This document shows positions 46,598 through 55,099 of a DNA stretch of 64,000 bases, in pieces. The notes beneath the pieces were generated by a model. It did not search any database and was not told where the DNA came from. It worked only from the letters and a program-made list of their open reading frames with translations. A program made the position numbers and the translations under genes. Position 1 is the first letter of the stretch. Each line of letters starts with the position of its first letter. This DNA is from an uncultured virus (IMG/VR IMGVR_UViG_3300049255_000542). Its lineage: Duplodnaviria > Heunggongvirae > Uroviricota > Caudoviricetes. The stretch lies in the IMG/VR virus record IMGVR_UViG_3300049255_000542; one strand, given 5' to 3'.

Positions 46598-46621
46598 AAG
46601 GGGACGCTTAAGCGTCCCCTT
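46598..46621. terminator. Perfect 24-bp palindrome AAGGGGACGCTTAAGCGTCCCCTT (terminator or binding site)
   Basis: Read directly; T-run follows on the + strand; downstream of cI. Confidence 0.6.
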
Positions 46622-46676
46622 TCTGATTCTCAGTAGAAGCGTCCAAGGGCGATTCGGCCGGCTGTCCCCAAGGCCG

Positions 46677-46727
46677 TTGGATATGTCCATTTCTCCTGTT
46701 GACACGTTGGATATATCCAATCATACT
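46677..46727 (+). promoter_or_regulatory. Early rightward promoter with two operators (46677-46690, 46707-46720)
   Basis: TTGACA-N17-CATACT; TTGGATATGTCCAT and perfect palindrome TTGGATATATCCAA. Confidence 0.82.
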
Positions 46728-46752
46728 CCCTCCACGATCCTTGGAGGGCACC

Positions 46753-47295
46753 ATGACCGCACCCGACACGTTCCAGCCAATCGGCGCTGTCGCCGCCCGC
46801 ATTGTCCACCTCATCAACCCGCGTCGTGGCCGTGACCTGGCCCGAGGCCGTCGCATGGGCGAAGCCGTGCGGGCGGCTGGCGGCGGCGCCATGGACGCTG
46901 CACTCGCCAACATCGACGGCGCCTTCAACGAGGCTGCGGTCATCAACGGGTTCAAGATGCGGGTCGAGCGGATGCTGGTTCTCGGCGCCGATCATCCGGC
47001 AGTCCGCGCAAAGTACGGCAAGCGCGCCGACATGCTCCGCCACGACGACATCGACGGCGCGATCATCCGTGTCGAAAGCTGGTATCGGACGGAGCGAAAG
47101 GCGTTCCAGATCGCGTCGGCGCTCGGCGGCGGCAACCGCCTTAGCGTCGAGGTTCTTGCCGAACTCCGGCTGATCCTCCGGCTGATCCGCGCGAGCGCCC
47201 GCCGCGCCGACTATCCCAAGATTCTCGAAACCGTGCGCGGAGGCAATCCCTTCGAACATCGCACGGTCAATCGCAGCCCGGTCGCCGCGGAGTAG
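46753..47295 (+). CDS. Hypothetical protein (first early gene)
   Basis: GGAGG RBS after the promoter. Confidence 0.7.
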   Translation: MTAPDTFQPIGAVAARIVHLINPRRGRDLARGRRMGEAVRAAGGGAMDAALANIDGAFNEAAVINGFKMRVERMLVLGADHPAVRAKYGKRADMLRHDDIDGAIIRVESWYRTERKAFQIASALGGGNRLSVEVLAELRLILRLIRASARRADYPKILETVRGGNPFEHRTVNRSPVAAE

Positions 47296-47315
47296 CGCGA
47301 TGCAGCCGGACAGTT

Positions 47316-47393
47316 GGCGGGGTGGCGCAGCCAGGATAGCGCGGCAGGCTCATAACCTGCAGGTCGGCGGTTCAAATCCGTCTCCCGCAACCA
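47316..47393 (+). tRNA. Phage-encoded initiator-type tRNA-Met(CAT)
   Basis: Cloverleaf; anticodon arm GCAGG-CTCATAA-CCTGC; GGTTCAAATCC T-arm; 1:72 mismatch (G:A); ends CCCGCAACCA. Confidence 0.88.
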
Positions 47394-47422
47394 ATTCAGA
47401 GCTCGGCGGTCCGACCGTCAGC

Positions 47423-47518
47423 ATGTCGGCATCGTCGGGCCTGGCGCTTGCCGCGCTGGTGATCACCGTCGTGGCGATCGCGTTCCTATTCGCCTTCACC
47501 GGGGTGCGGCCGTCATGA
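47423..47518 (+). CDS. 31-aa hydrophobic peptide
   Basis: Single TM GLALAALVITVVAIAFLFAF; ATGA overlap with the next gene. Confidence 0.4.
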   Translation: MSASSGLALAALVITVVAIAFLFAFTGVRPS

Positions 47519-47805
47519 CCGGCAGCAACCCGTTCTCGCTCGAAGGCGCGCTTGAGATCATCAAGCCGCACAACGATCGCATCCTGGCCGAAGCGCGGCT
47601 TGCCGAAGCCGAGGATCGGCTTAAGGCCGCGAACCGGATTATCGCCGAACAGGTCACTGCAATTGCCAGTGCGCACGCGGTACTCCGACAAATCGAGGGT
47701 GGTTACTTTCCGGGTGCTGCCGCGGCGGCGCTCAATGGGACGCTTGCAGAAAAGCTTCAAGAAATTGCGCGCGCAGAGCTCGCCAAGATCGAAGGCCGGG
47801 CGTGA
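47515..47805 (+). CDS. Hypothetical coiled-coil protein
   Basis: In operon, overlapping the next gene. Confidence 0.6.
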   Translation: MTGSNPFSLEGALEIIKPHNDRILAEARLAEAEDRLKAANRIIAEQVTAIASAHAVLRQIEGGYFPGAAAAALNGTLAEKLQEIARAELAKIEGRA

Positions 47806-48815
47806 TGACGTTGGCCTATCAGATCAACACGAATCCGATGGGTACGGGTCTTCACTTCGACGTGCCGGCATCGGTCTATTTTGCTGACCCATGCGTGGTG
47901 CCATCGCTCACGCAATCGGTCGCGAAGATCCTCATCGGGCAGTCCCCAGCGCACGCGCGCTTGGAGCATCCGCGTCTCGCGCCTCCGAAAGACGAAGAGG
48001 ACGAAGAGCCGGAGAAATACGTTACGGCCACCGCCATCGGCAATGCGGCGCACGCGTTGCTCATCGGCCGCGGCAAGGACGTGATTGTTGGCGACTTCCC
48101 GAACTGGAAGTCAGGTGACGCGCGAAAATTCCGCGATGATCCGGCGCACGCCGACAAGGTTGTGATCCTCAAGAAGCACATGCGACGCGCCGACGCGATG
48201 GTGTCGGCGTTCCGTGACCAGCTTCTCCGAGTCCCGGAGACTGCGAACGCCTTCACGGGCGGTCGCGGCGAGGTCGTGGCGATCGCGGATCAGGGCGGCA
48301 TCGTCATCCTGCGCACCATGATCGACTGGCTGCATGACGACATGCGGACCATCGACGATCTGAAAACAACGGGCATGTCCGCCGCGCCACACTCGATCCC
48401 GTCAAAGATGGTTGACGAAGGGTGGGACATTCAGGCCGCGATCCAAGAACGCATATTGGACGTGATCGACCCTGACGGTGCCGGTCGGCGCAAGCATCGG
48501 TTCTACGCCCAGGAGAACTACGAGCCCTTCGCGGTGACGCCGCACGAATTGCCCGAGTCGACGATGACGATGGGCCGCAAGAAACTCGACATGGCGATCG
48601 CGCTTTGGACGCGTGCGATGAACAGCGGCGAGTGGCCCGCATATCCGCCGATGATCAATCGGCCAGACTACCCCTCATTCAACGAAACTCAGTGGCTCGC
48701 GCGCGAAATGGATTTTGCCGAGCTCGGCATCACCACGGCGCCAGCACCGGAGTGGTCTTTGCGCGACGAAAGCCCGCGCAGCCCACGGATGCTGACGGAT
48801 TTGTCGGGCGGATAA
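47802..48815 (+). CDS. RecE/ExoVIII-like PD-(D/E)XK exonuclease
   Basis: SL.QS.AK, G.AAHALL, R.MIDWL, DDLKTT, QAA.Q, WPAYP. Confidence 0.85.
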   Translation: MMTLAYQINTNPMGTGLHFDVPASVYFADPCVVPSLTQSVAKILIGQSPAHARLEHPRLAPPKDEEDEEPEKYVTATAIGNAAHALLIGRGKDVIVGDFPNWKSGDARKFRDDPAHADKVVILKKHMRRADAMVSAFRDQLLRVPETANAFTGGRGEVVAIADQGGIVILRTMIDWLHDDMRTIDDLKTTGMSAAPHSIPSKMVDEGWDIQAAIQERILDVIDPDGAGRRKHRFYAQENYEPFAVTPHELPESTMTMGRKKLDMAIALWTRAMNSGEWPAYPPMINRPDYPSFNETQWLAREMDFAELGITTAPAPEWSLRDESPRSPRMLTDLSGG

Positions 48816-48828
48816 CAGGGAGCGTGCA

Positions 48829-50064
48829 ATGAACAAGCCTATTCTGACCGAAGAATTTGCAGAGGCCGTGCGCCAGCAAACCAACGTGTTGCTCGGTCTC
48901 GCCGGAGCATCAGGCACCGGCAAGACGCTCACGGCGCTGCGCATCGCGCGCGGTCTTGTTGATGGCGACGACAGCAAGATCGCCGTCGCCGACACGGAAG
49001 GTGGACGCGCGAAGCATTACGCTCCTGGCCCCGGTGAAAAGCCCGGCGACCGTCTGTTCGGCTTCCGCCACAAGTTGATGGAGCCGCCGTTCACTCCGGA
49101 GCTATTCCGCGCCACGGCGATGGCCGCAGAGCAAGCGGGCTTCGGCGTGCTGATCTTCGATACCGCCAGCGACGAATACGAGGGCGAAGGCGGTCTGCAA
49201 ATGATGCACGAGGCGGCGCTTCTGCGCATGGCGAAAAAGCCGTCGTTAGAAGACGTCGAGCAATGGCAGTTCGACAAGCTGAACGCGCCTGCTTGGTCGA
49301 TCCCGAAACAACAGCACAAGAAGCTGTTGATGGCGCGCCTGCGCATCATGCGCATCCACCTGATTTTCTGCCTGCGCGCTGAGGACAAGATCAAATTCGT
49401 CAAGGTGCTGGACCCGGAGACTAACCGCGAGAAAACGAAAATCCAGAACGCCGGTTGGGTGCCGATCTGTGAGAAGCGGTTCATGTACGACATGACCGTC
49501 TCGATGACGTTCTCTCCGGAGAACCCCGGCGTGCCGCTGATGAAAGACGGCAACGCCATGTACGGCAAGATGCCGGCGCATCTGTTGCCCGCCTTCGAGG
49601 AAGGCAAGCGGATCACCGAAGAGACTGGACGCAAACTCGCGCTGTGGGCGAACGGCGGCTCATTGGTCGGCGGCGCGGCGGCGACGATCGGCGGTGGTGA
49701 TGATCCGGTCCTGTCATCGGGTCGCGTTGCCGCCAAGAAAGGCACGCCCGCCTTGCGCCAGTGGTGGGAAAGCATCGGCGCGCAACAGCAAAAGCGGCTA
49801 GTCGGCTTGCTCCGCTCCGAGCTCCAGCCAGCGGCCACGAAGATCGACGAGCAAAGCATCAGTTTCGACGATCCGGCAACGAAGCCTGCGCAGTCCGACA
49901 CTGAGGCGCTGATTGCACTCGACCGCGATCTCTCCGACGCGGCTGAAAAGGGTACTGCGGAACTGACCAAGGTTTGGGAGGGATTGTCGGCCGAGAGCCG
50001 CGAACGCCTGCAAAGCGGTTTCGACCAACGCCACAAGCCTCGCGCGGCACAAGTCGCAGCGTAG
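48829..50064 (+). CDS. AAA_24/Sak4-like recombination ATPase
   Basis: GASGTGKT, ADTEGGR, PPFTPE, IFDTASDEYEG.GG, ICEKRFMYDMT. Confidence 0.85.
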   Translation: MNKPILTEEFAEAVRQQTNVLLGLAGASGTGKTLTALRIARGLVDGDDSKIAVADTEGGRAKHYAPGPGEKPGDRLFGFRHKLMEPPFTPELFRATAMAAEQAGFGVLIFDTASDEYEGEGGLQMMHEAALLRMAKKPSLEDVEQWQFDKLNAPAWSIPKQQHKKLLMARLRIMRIHLIFCLRAEDKIKFVKVLDPETNREKTKIQNAGWVPICEKRFMYDMTVSMTFSPENPGVPLMKDGNAMYGKMPAHLLPAFEEGKRITEETGRKLALWANGGSLVGGAAATIGGGDDPVLSSGRVAAKKGTPALRQWWESIGAQQQKRLVGLLRSELQPAATKIDEQSISFDDPATKPAQSDTEALIALDRDLSDAAEKGTAELTKVWEGLSAESRERLQSGFDQRHKPRAAQVAA

Positions 50065-50068
50065 CGCC

Positions 50069-50542
50069 ATGACATACGCCCAACAACTCAGCGCGCATTA
50101 TGCCGCTGTACGTCTCCGGCTCCACGGGCCGATGCGGAAGCAGTTCGTGCCGGTGAGGCCCGCGCCGATCGAGCCGCTGCCCGTGGAGCCGGAACCACCT
50201 TCGATAACGGTGCTGACCGAGCGCGAGCGCATCGCCGCCTGCATCCGCACATCGCGCGAATTGATCGCTGCAACTCCTCCCGGCTGGAAGAAGCTGACGT
50301 TGATCGTCCGCGCGGTCGCCGCCGTCTACGGAATCACGCCCGCGGAAATTACCGGGCCAAGCCGCCTCCATCGGATTGTCGAGCCGCGTCACGTCGGGAT
50401 GGCAATTGCCTATCAGCTGCTCCGCTGCGGCACGCCCGCAGTTGGCCAGGCGTTCGGCGACCGCGACCACACGTGCGTCTTGCTCGCAGGCCGAAAGTTC
50501 GGAGCGAAGATCGCAGCGATCATTGAGGAGGAAGGGGAATGA
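50069..50542 (+). CDS. Stand-alone DnaA C-terminal (domain IV) HTH protein
   Basis: VAAVYGIT..EI.G.SR..RIVEPRHVGM...VGQAFGDRDHTCVL. Confidence 0.85.
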   Translation: MTYAQQLSAHYAAVRLRLHGPMRKQFVPVRPAPIEPLPVEPEPPSITVLTERERIAACIRTSRELIAATPPGWKKLTLIVRAVAAVYGITPAEITGPSRLHRIVEPRHVGMAIAYQLLRCGTPAVGQAFGDRDHTCVLLAGRKFGAKIAAIIEEEGE

Positions 50543-50907
50543 CAACGGCGGCATACGAGGGTTGGGCGCTTGTCGAGCAAATGGGCTTTCGGCGCACGAT
50601 CGCGAAAGTCTGCGAGGTTGAACAGTACGGCACGAAGATGCTGCGCCTCGACGTTCCGTTTTGGAACGGCGGCGACGAAGACAGGCTGTCGGCACCGGCC
50701 GGCTACTCGACGCTCTTTGCTGGCGGCCCGTCGCTCTATCAGGTCTCGCCGCTCGATGACGAACTCGCCTTGAGCCAGGCGCGGCGACAAGCCGACCCGC
50801 GGCCGGTGCGCCCCGTTCAGTACCGCCTCGAAGACCAGCGGATGCAGGGCGACAGCGCGCCAGCAGCAAATGACCACGACGACTACGGCGCGGGAGAAGA
50901 CGAATGA
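50539..50907 (+). CDS. Conserved phage hypothetical protein
   Basis: WALVEQMGFRR...MLRLDVP motif; RBS. Confidence 0.7.
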   Translation: MTTAAYEGWALVEQMGFRRTIAKVCEVEQYGTKMLRLDVPFWNGGDEDRLSAPAGYSTLFAGGPSLYQVSPLDDELALSQARRQADPRPVRPVQYRLEDQRMQGDSAPAANDHDDYGAGEDE

Positions 50908-51260
50908 CCATCGAACGCTTTGACGGCATCGAGAAGTGGGCGACGCTCACACCGAAACAGCAAGCCGCGATCGGCGCCGCGGCACTCGAATACTCTGCCG
51001 GGTTTCTCGCGGTGGAAGCGTTCGAGGCCGATGAAGGCGGCAGCAACGTGATCCATCGTGCGGCTGCGGCGAATGATGCGGCCTTGGCCGGCGCGCTTTT
51101 CAACACGGTAAAGGTCGCTTTTCCAGAAACGCTTTTCGGCGACGTGGTGCCGTCGCGCATCGGCGGTGTCTGCCGCAAGTGCGGCTGCACCGAGTACGAC
51201 GCCTGCGAAGGCGGATGCTCCTGGGCCGAAGAAGACCTGTGCAGTGCGTGCGCTCCATGA
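50904..51260 (+). CDS. Hypothetical protein with C-terminal Cys cluster
   Basis: CRKCGCTEYDACEGGCSWAEEDLCSAC. Confidence 0.7.
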   Translation: MTIERFDGIEKWATLTPKQQAAIGAAALEYSAGFLAVEAFEADEGGSNVIHRAAAANDAALAGALFNTVKVAFPETLFGDVVPSRIGGVCRKCGCTEYDACEGGCSWAEEDLCSACAP

Positions 51261-52495
51261 CTGACAAGCGCACCATTCACCTTGGCTATGAGCTCGGCAC
51301 CGGCGCGCCGATCGCCGTGCCGCTGCTCAATCTCGCCGTGACCGGGCAGACGCAAGAGAGCGGCAAGACCACGACGCTCGAAGCACTGGCGACGCGATCG
51401 GGCGCGCAGGTAATCACGTTCGTCACCAAACGCGGCGAAGGCTCGTTCGCCGATGGTCGGCGCATTCAGCCGTATTTCCGCGATCGCGCCGACTGGCAAT
51501 TCGTTGACGCGATTCTCGAAGCGGCGCTCGGCGAGAAGAACAAGTACCTGCGCCAGTTTTTGATTCCGATCTGCCGGAAGACGAAGACGCTGGCAGACGT
51601 CCAGGCCGCGGTGCGTACCGGCTTGAAGAAAGCCCACGGTCAGAAAGAAGGCGCGCTGATCCAGCTTGACGCCTATCTCGAATTGATCGTGCCGGACATT
51701 GCACGCGCCCGACTCGCACCATCGCTCGATCTGGCGATCGGCGTGAACGTCATGGACGTGTCGGACTTCTCGACGCCGATGCAAATGCTGTTCGTGCAAT
51801 CGGCGCTTGATTGGGTGAACGAGCGCGAGCGCAACACCGTCGTGGTAATTCCGGAGGCTTGGGAGTTCATCCCGGAAGGCAAAGGATCGCCAGTCAAGTC
51901 CGCAGCGGTCACGCTGGTACGCAAAGGCTCCGGCATCGGCAACCGCATTTGGGTCGATAGGACGCCCGAAGAAGCCACTGCACTCCGCCAGCGCAACACC
52001 GAGCTCGAGGAGCACGTTGCGGAATTGTCGTCGCAGGTCCGCGACCTGACCGCCCGACTGAACGGCAAAGAGGCGCCACCAGTATCGAAGACGATAGAGC
52101 GACCGGCGCCGACAATGGCGGCCGATCACGCGACTGTCGCTTCGATGGATGCGATCTATGCCGAGATCAAGCGGCGTGCGCTCGCCGATCCCGGCATGAT
52201 TGCCGCCATCAGTATCGCACGGCCGGAGATCGAAGTTCGAGTCGAGAAGAAGCGCATCGAGATCGACGGCACCACGTCGAAGGGCCGCATCGCCAAGCTT
52301 CTCGCCGAAGGCTTCTACGATGGCGGCAAGACCAACAGCGCCACGCGCACGGAGCTCAAGCGCACCGGCGCCGACGTGAACAACGCCAACATCGACCGCG
52401 TACTCACCGAGCTTCTGCGCGACGGATTCCTGACGCTGGAAGGCGGTTCGTATCTCGCGGTGGCGGGCGCGAAGGTCAACATCGTCGAGGCGTGA
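51257..52495 (+). CDS. HerA/FtsK-like P-loop ATPase, apparently internally deleted and fused to a coiled-coil/wHTH region
   Basis: TGQTQESGKTT Walker A; VVIPEAWEFIP Walker B; similarity breaks after RKG..IGNRIWVD. Confidence 0.65.
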   Translation: MTDKRTIHLGYELGTGAPIAVPLLNLAVTGQTQESGKTTTLEALATRSGAQVITFVTKRGEGSFADGRRIQPYFRDRADWQFVDAILEAALGEKNKYLRQFLIPICRKTKTLADVQAAVRTGLKKAHGQKEGALIQLDAYLELIVPDIARARLAPSLDLAIGVNVMDVSDFSTPMQMLFVQSALDWVNERERNTVVVIPEAWEFIPEGKGSPVKSAAVTLVRKGSGIGNRIWVDRTPEEATALRQRNTELEEHVAELSSQVRDLTARLNGKEAPPVSKTIERPAPTMAADHATVASMDAIYAEIKRRALADPGMIAAISIARPEIEVRVEKKRIEIDGTTSKGRIAKLLAEGFYDGGKTNSATRTELKRTGADVNNANIDRVLTELLRDGFLTLEGGSYLAVAGAKVNIVEA

Positions 52496-52498
52496 TCA

Positions 52499-52900
52499 AT
52501 GAATGCCACTGCCATCAAACACGGACGGATGACTGACGCGGAGCGCGACGAGATCGAGCGCCTTGCTTCAACAATGAAGAATCCGACACCGGGTAAAATA
52601 GCACGGAGGCTCAATCGCAAGGTCAGCACGGTCAACTGGTACATGCTCACGCATGGCCTCATCGAGCGGAAGATTGTGTACCGCGAAACGACCTATCAGC
52701 GCCGCGGCTACACTGTCGCTTATTACTCGCAGGCTGCAGACCTCCGCATCCTGGAATTGCGGCGCGATAACAAGAACCCGCGAGAGATCGCCGAAATCAT
52801 CAGCGGTGAATTCGTCCGACAGCGGACAGGGCATAGCGTCAAAGTTCGCTTGGTCATGCTCGCGTCTTATGTCGATGCGCCGGAAGGTGAGGCAGCATGA
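52499..52900 (+). CDS. Tandem HTH protein
   Basis: MTDAERDEI...IARRLNRKVSTV and YSQAADLRI...EIAEII...RTGHSVKVRL. Confidence 0.7.
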   Translation: MNATAIKHGRMTDAERDEIERLASTMKNPTPGKIARRLNRKVSTVNWYMLTHGLIERKIVYRETTYQRRGYTVAYYSQAADLRILELRRDNKNPREIAEIISGEFVRQRTGHSVKVRLVMLASYVDAPEGEAA

Positions 52901-53187
52901 AGCCGGGTGGACGCTTCGTGTGGGTGAAAGGCCTCAAAGGCCCGGTGCCGGAAAAGTGGCCGCACGATATGCCGGCCGGTGGCACGCTCGGCAAAGACGT
53001 GGTGCACACCTATGAGCTCGGTGCCGACGAATTCGCGTTGAAGATCGCGATCCTCGAACAGCGGTATCCGGCGCCGAAGCCGCCAGAGCCCGAACCGCCG
53101 CACGATCCCGAACCTTCGCCGACAACACCGTCACCGTCGACTCCGCCATCTGCTCCAGCTGTAGCGAAAGCGGTGGCCGCAGCATGA
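52897..53187 (+). CDS. Hypothetical protein with Pro-rich tail
   Basis: GAGG RBS; ATGA overlaps. Confidence 0.65.
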   Translation: MKPGGRFVWVKGLKGPVPEKWPHDMPAGGTLGKDVVHTYELGADEFALKIAILEQRYPAPKPPEPEPPHDPEPSPTTPSPSTPPSAPAVAKAVAAA

Positions 53188-53528
53188 GCCGGATATGTCC
53201 CGTTTGCGGCAAACCTTTTGCGTCCGGTCGCCTCGGACCACGGGCGACGTGCAGCCGCGAGTGTCGCCGACAACGCGAGCGCGACCTTGAGCTCGCCAAG
53301 CGCGTGAGGCGCGGCCAATCCATCGCGCCGGTTCAACACCCGTGGACCGCGCAAGCAAAGGTTCGCCTTGTCGATGAAGTCGCTGCCGGCAAGGCCACGC
53401 GCGAGGAGATCTGTGAGCGGCACAACATTTCAGCCGAGGAGTTCGAGTGCTGGTCGCAAGCCTATGCGGTCGGCGGCATCAACGCGCTCAAACTCAAAGG
53501 CATCCAGCAACGGAGAGCATCATGTTGA
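53184..53528 (+). CDS. Zn-finger fused to SciP/DUF1153-like (CtrA inhibitor) domain
   Basis: CPVC...CSREC then W....K..LV..V..G..T.EE.C.R..IS.EEF..W...Y..GG..AL....IQQ.R. Confidence 0.78.
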   Translation: MSRICPVCGKPFASGRLGPRATCSRECRRQRERDLELAKRVRRGQSIAPVQHPWTAQAKVRLVDEVAAGKATREEICERHNISAEEFECWSQAYAVGGINALKLKGIQQRRASC

Positions 53529-55099
53529 CCAAGACCGAGAATGCCAAGACGGGGCGCGTCGCCTCGATTGAAATGGTCGCGTTGTCGAGACTGCGGCCAG
53601 GTGAAGATTGTCCGCTCGGATCGCTGAACGTGCGCAAGTCGCCGGCGAGCCAGCAAGACGACACCGAAACCAAAGCCTCGATCGAGGCCGATGGCGTGAT
53701 CCAGTCGTTGCTCGCCTTCGATATGGACAACAGCGGCATCCTCTATGTCGGAGCCGGTAACCGTCGCCTCAAGTTCGCGAACGAGATCGCCAAAAAGCAG
53801 AAGATCAAACCGGAAGACTATGTGGTGCCGGTCTTCGCCTTCGGCGGTCTCTCGGTTGCCGAGGCGCGCGCAAAGTCGCTGGCCGAAAACATCGAGCGTG
53901 CACCGCTGCACGCCGTCGATCGCTACGAGGCCTTCGCCGATCTGCGAGACAACCACGGCTTCACCGTCGATCAAATCGCCACCCGCTACGGAATGGCTCG
54001 CAAGATTGTGGAGCAATCGCTGGCGCTCGGTGCGCTCTCCGAGCGGGTGCGCATTGCATGGCGATCGGGCACAATCCGCGAAGACGTGGCACGCGTGTTC
54101 ACGCTGGCCGCGGATCACGTTCGCCAAGACCAGGTGCTCGCCAAAGTGACGAAGGGCTTGCCGCGACATGCGCAGCCCAATGCTTACACGGTCCGCCAAG
54201 AGCTCAAGATCGACACCACGAACAGCTTTTCGGGTGGGCTTCTCAAGATCATCGGCCGTGAGGCGTATGAGGCGGCGGGTGGCAAGTTCGCGACAGACCT
54301 TTTCACTGACCGCAAGGCAGACGAACAGGTCATCGGCAACCCCGACATTCTCGAACGCCTCGTTCAAGAGAAGATGGAGGCGGAGTGCAAACGGCTGGTC
54401 GGCGAAGACGGCTGGAAGTGGGCCGAGATCGATGACGGCCACAACCGCTATATGACTGACCAGCTTCCGCAGAAGAAAAAGTACACGGACGAAGAAAAGA
54501 AGACGTGCGGCTGTTTCGTCTATGTCGATCACGGGCCGAAGATCTGTGTTGGTCTTGGCTTCAAAAAGTCGCGTGGGCGCGCGGCGGCCGAGAAGGCGCA
54601 AGAGACGAAGGTCGAGAAGGCGAAGGCGGCGCCGGCGAACAAGAACGCGGTCAGCAACGCGCTCAAGCGGCGGCTTCGAGCTCAAGGCTGCAAGGCCGTC
54701 AAGGCGGCACTGACCGAGCACCCGCACAAGGATGACCTGTCGACTCTGTTGGCCGGGCTGTGCGCGAAAATGCTCACACCATCGACGACGATGAACTCCG
54801 GCTACGGTTACACGCCGTCAGACCTGGATGATGCAGTCGGAAAGATCGGCGACACGATCGACAAGAAGGTGATGAGCGCCGCGCTGCTCAAGGCGTTCGA
54901 CGCGAAGGATTACTTCGCTGGCGTCAACAAGCACCTTCGCGAAAAGGCGCTCGCCGACATGGGCTTCAAGGGCACTGTGCCGAAGAAGGCCGCCGACGCG
55001 ATCAAGACGTGCGTTGCCGAGGCCACAAAAACCGAATGGCTTCCGCGCGAGCTCCGCACGTCGCACTACGGCGGGCCAGGTGCGAAAGGAAAGCGGTGA
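53522..55099 (+). CDS. Large ParB/RepB/Spo0J-like protein (plasmid-type)
   Basis: NVRK, SI.ADGVIQSL, AGNRRL, SLAENIERAPLH.VDRYEAF, EAYEAAGG..ATDLF, WLPRELR. Confidence 0.85.
   Translation: MLTKTENAKTGRVASIEMVALSRLRPGEDCPLGSLNVRKSPASQQDDTETKASIEADGVIQSLLAFDMDNSGILYVGAGNRRLKFANEIAKKQKIKPEDYVVPVFAFGGLSVAEARAKSLAENIERAPLHAVDRYEAFADLRDNHGFTVDQIATRYGMARKIVEQSLALGALSERVRIAWRSGTIREDVARVFTLAADHVRQDQVLAKVTKGLPRHAQPNAYTVRQELKIDTTNSFSGGLLKIIGREAYEAAGGKFATDLFTDRKADEQVIGNPDILERLVQEKMEAECKRLVGEDGWKWAEIDDGHNRYMTDQLPQKKKYTDEEKKTCGCFVYVDHGPKICVGLGFKKSRGRAAAEKAQETKVEKAKAAPANKNAVSNALKRRLRAQGCKAVKAALTEHPHKDDLSTLLAGLCAKMLTPSTTMNSGYGYTPSDLDDAVGKIGDTIDKKVMSAALLKAFDAKDYFAGVNKHLREKALADMGFKGTVPKKAADAIKTCVAEATKTEWLPRELRTSHYGGPGAKGKR

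Noticed and set aside
46596..46611. CtrA box
   Set aside because: TTAA-N8-TTAA, not the required N7; better explained by the palindrome
47300..47422. N-terminal part of the 72-aa ORF 47300-47518
   Set aside because: Overlaps the tRNA-fMet; only the downstream hydrophobic peptide is plausible
49859..52129. 756-aa minus-strand ORF, and similar long ORFs at 53462-54727, 13273-14766, 8327-9754, 19336-20814 and 62836-63984
   Set aside because: Antisense shadows of well-supported genes in high-GC DNA; no recognisable motifs
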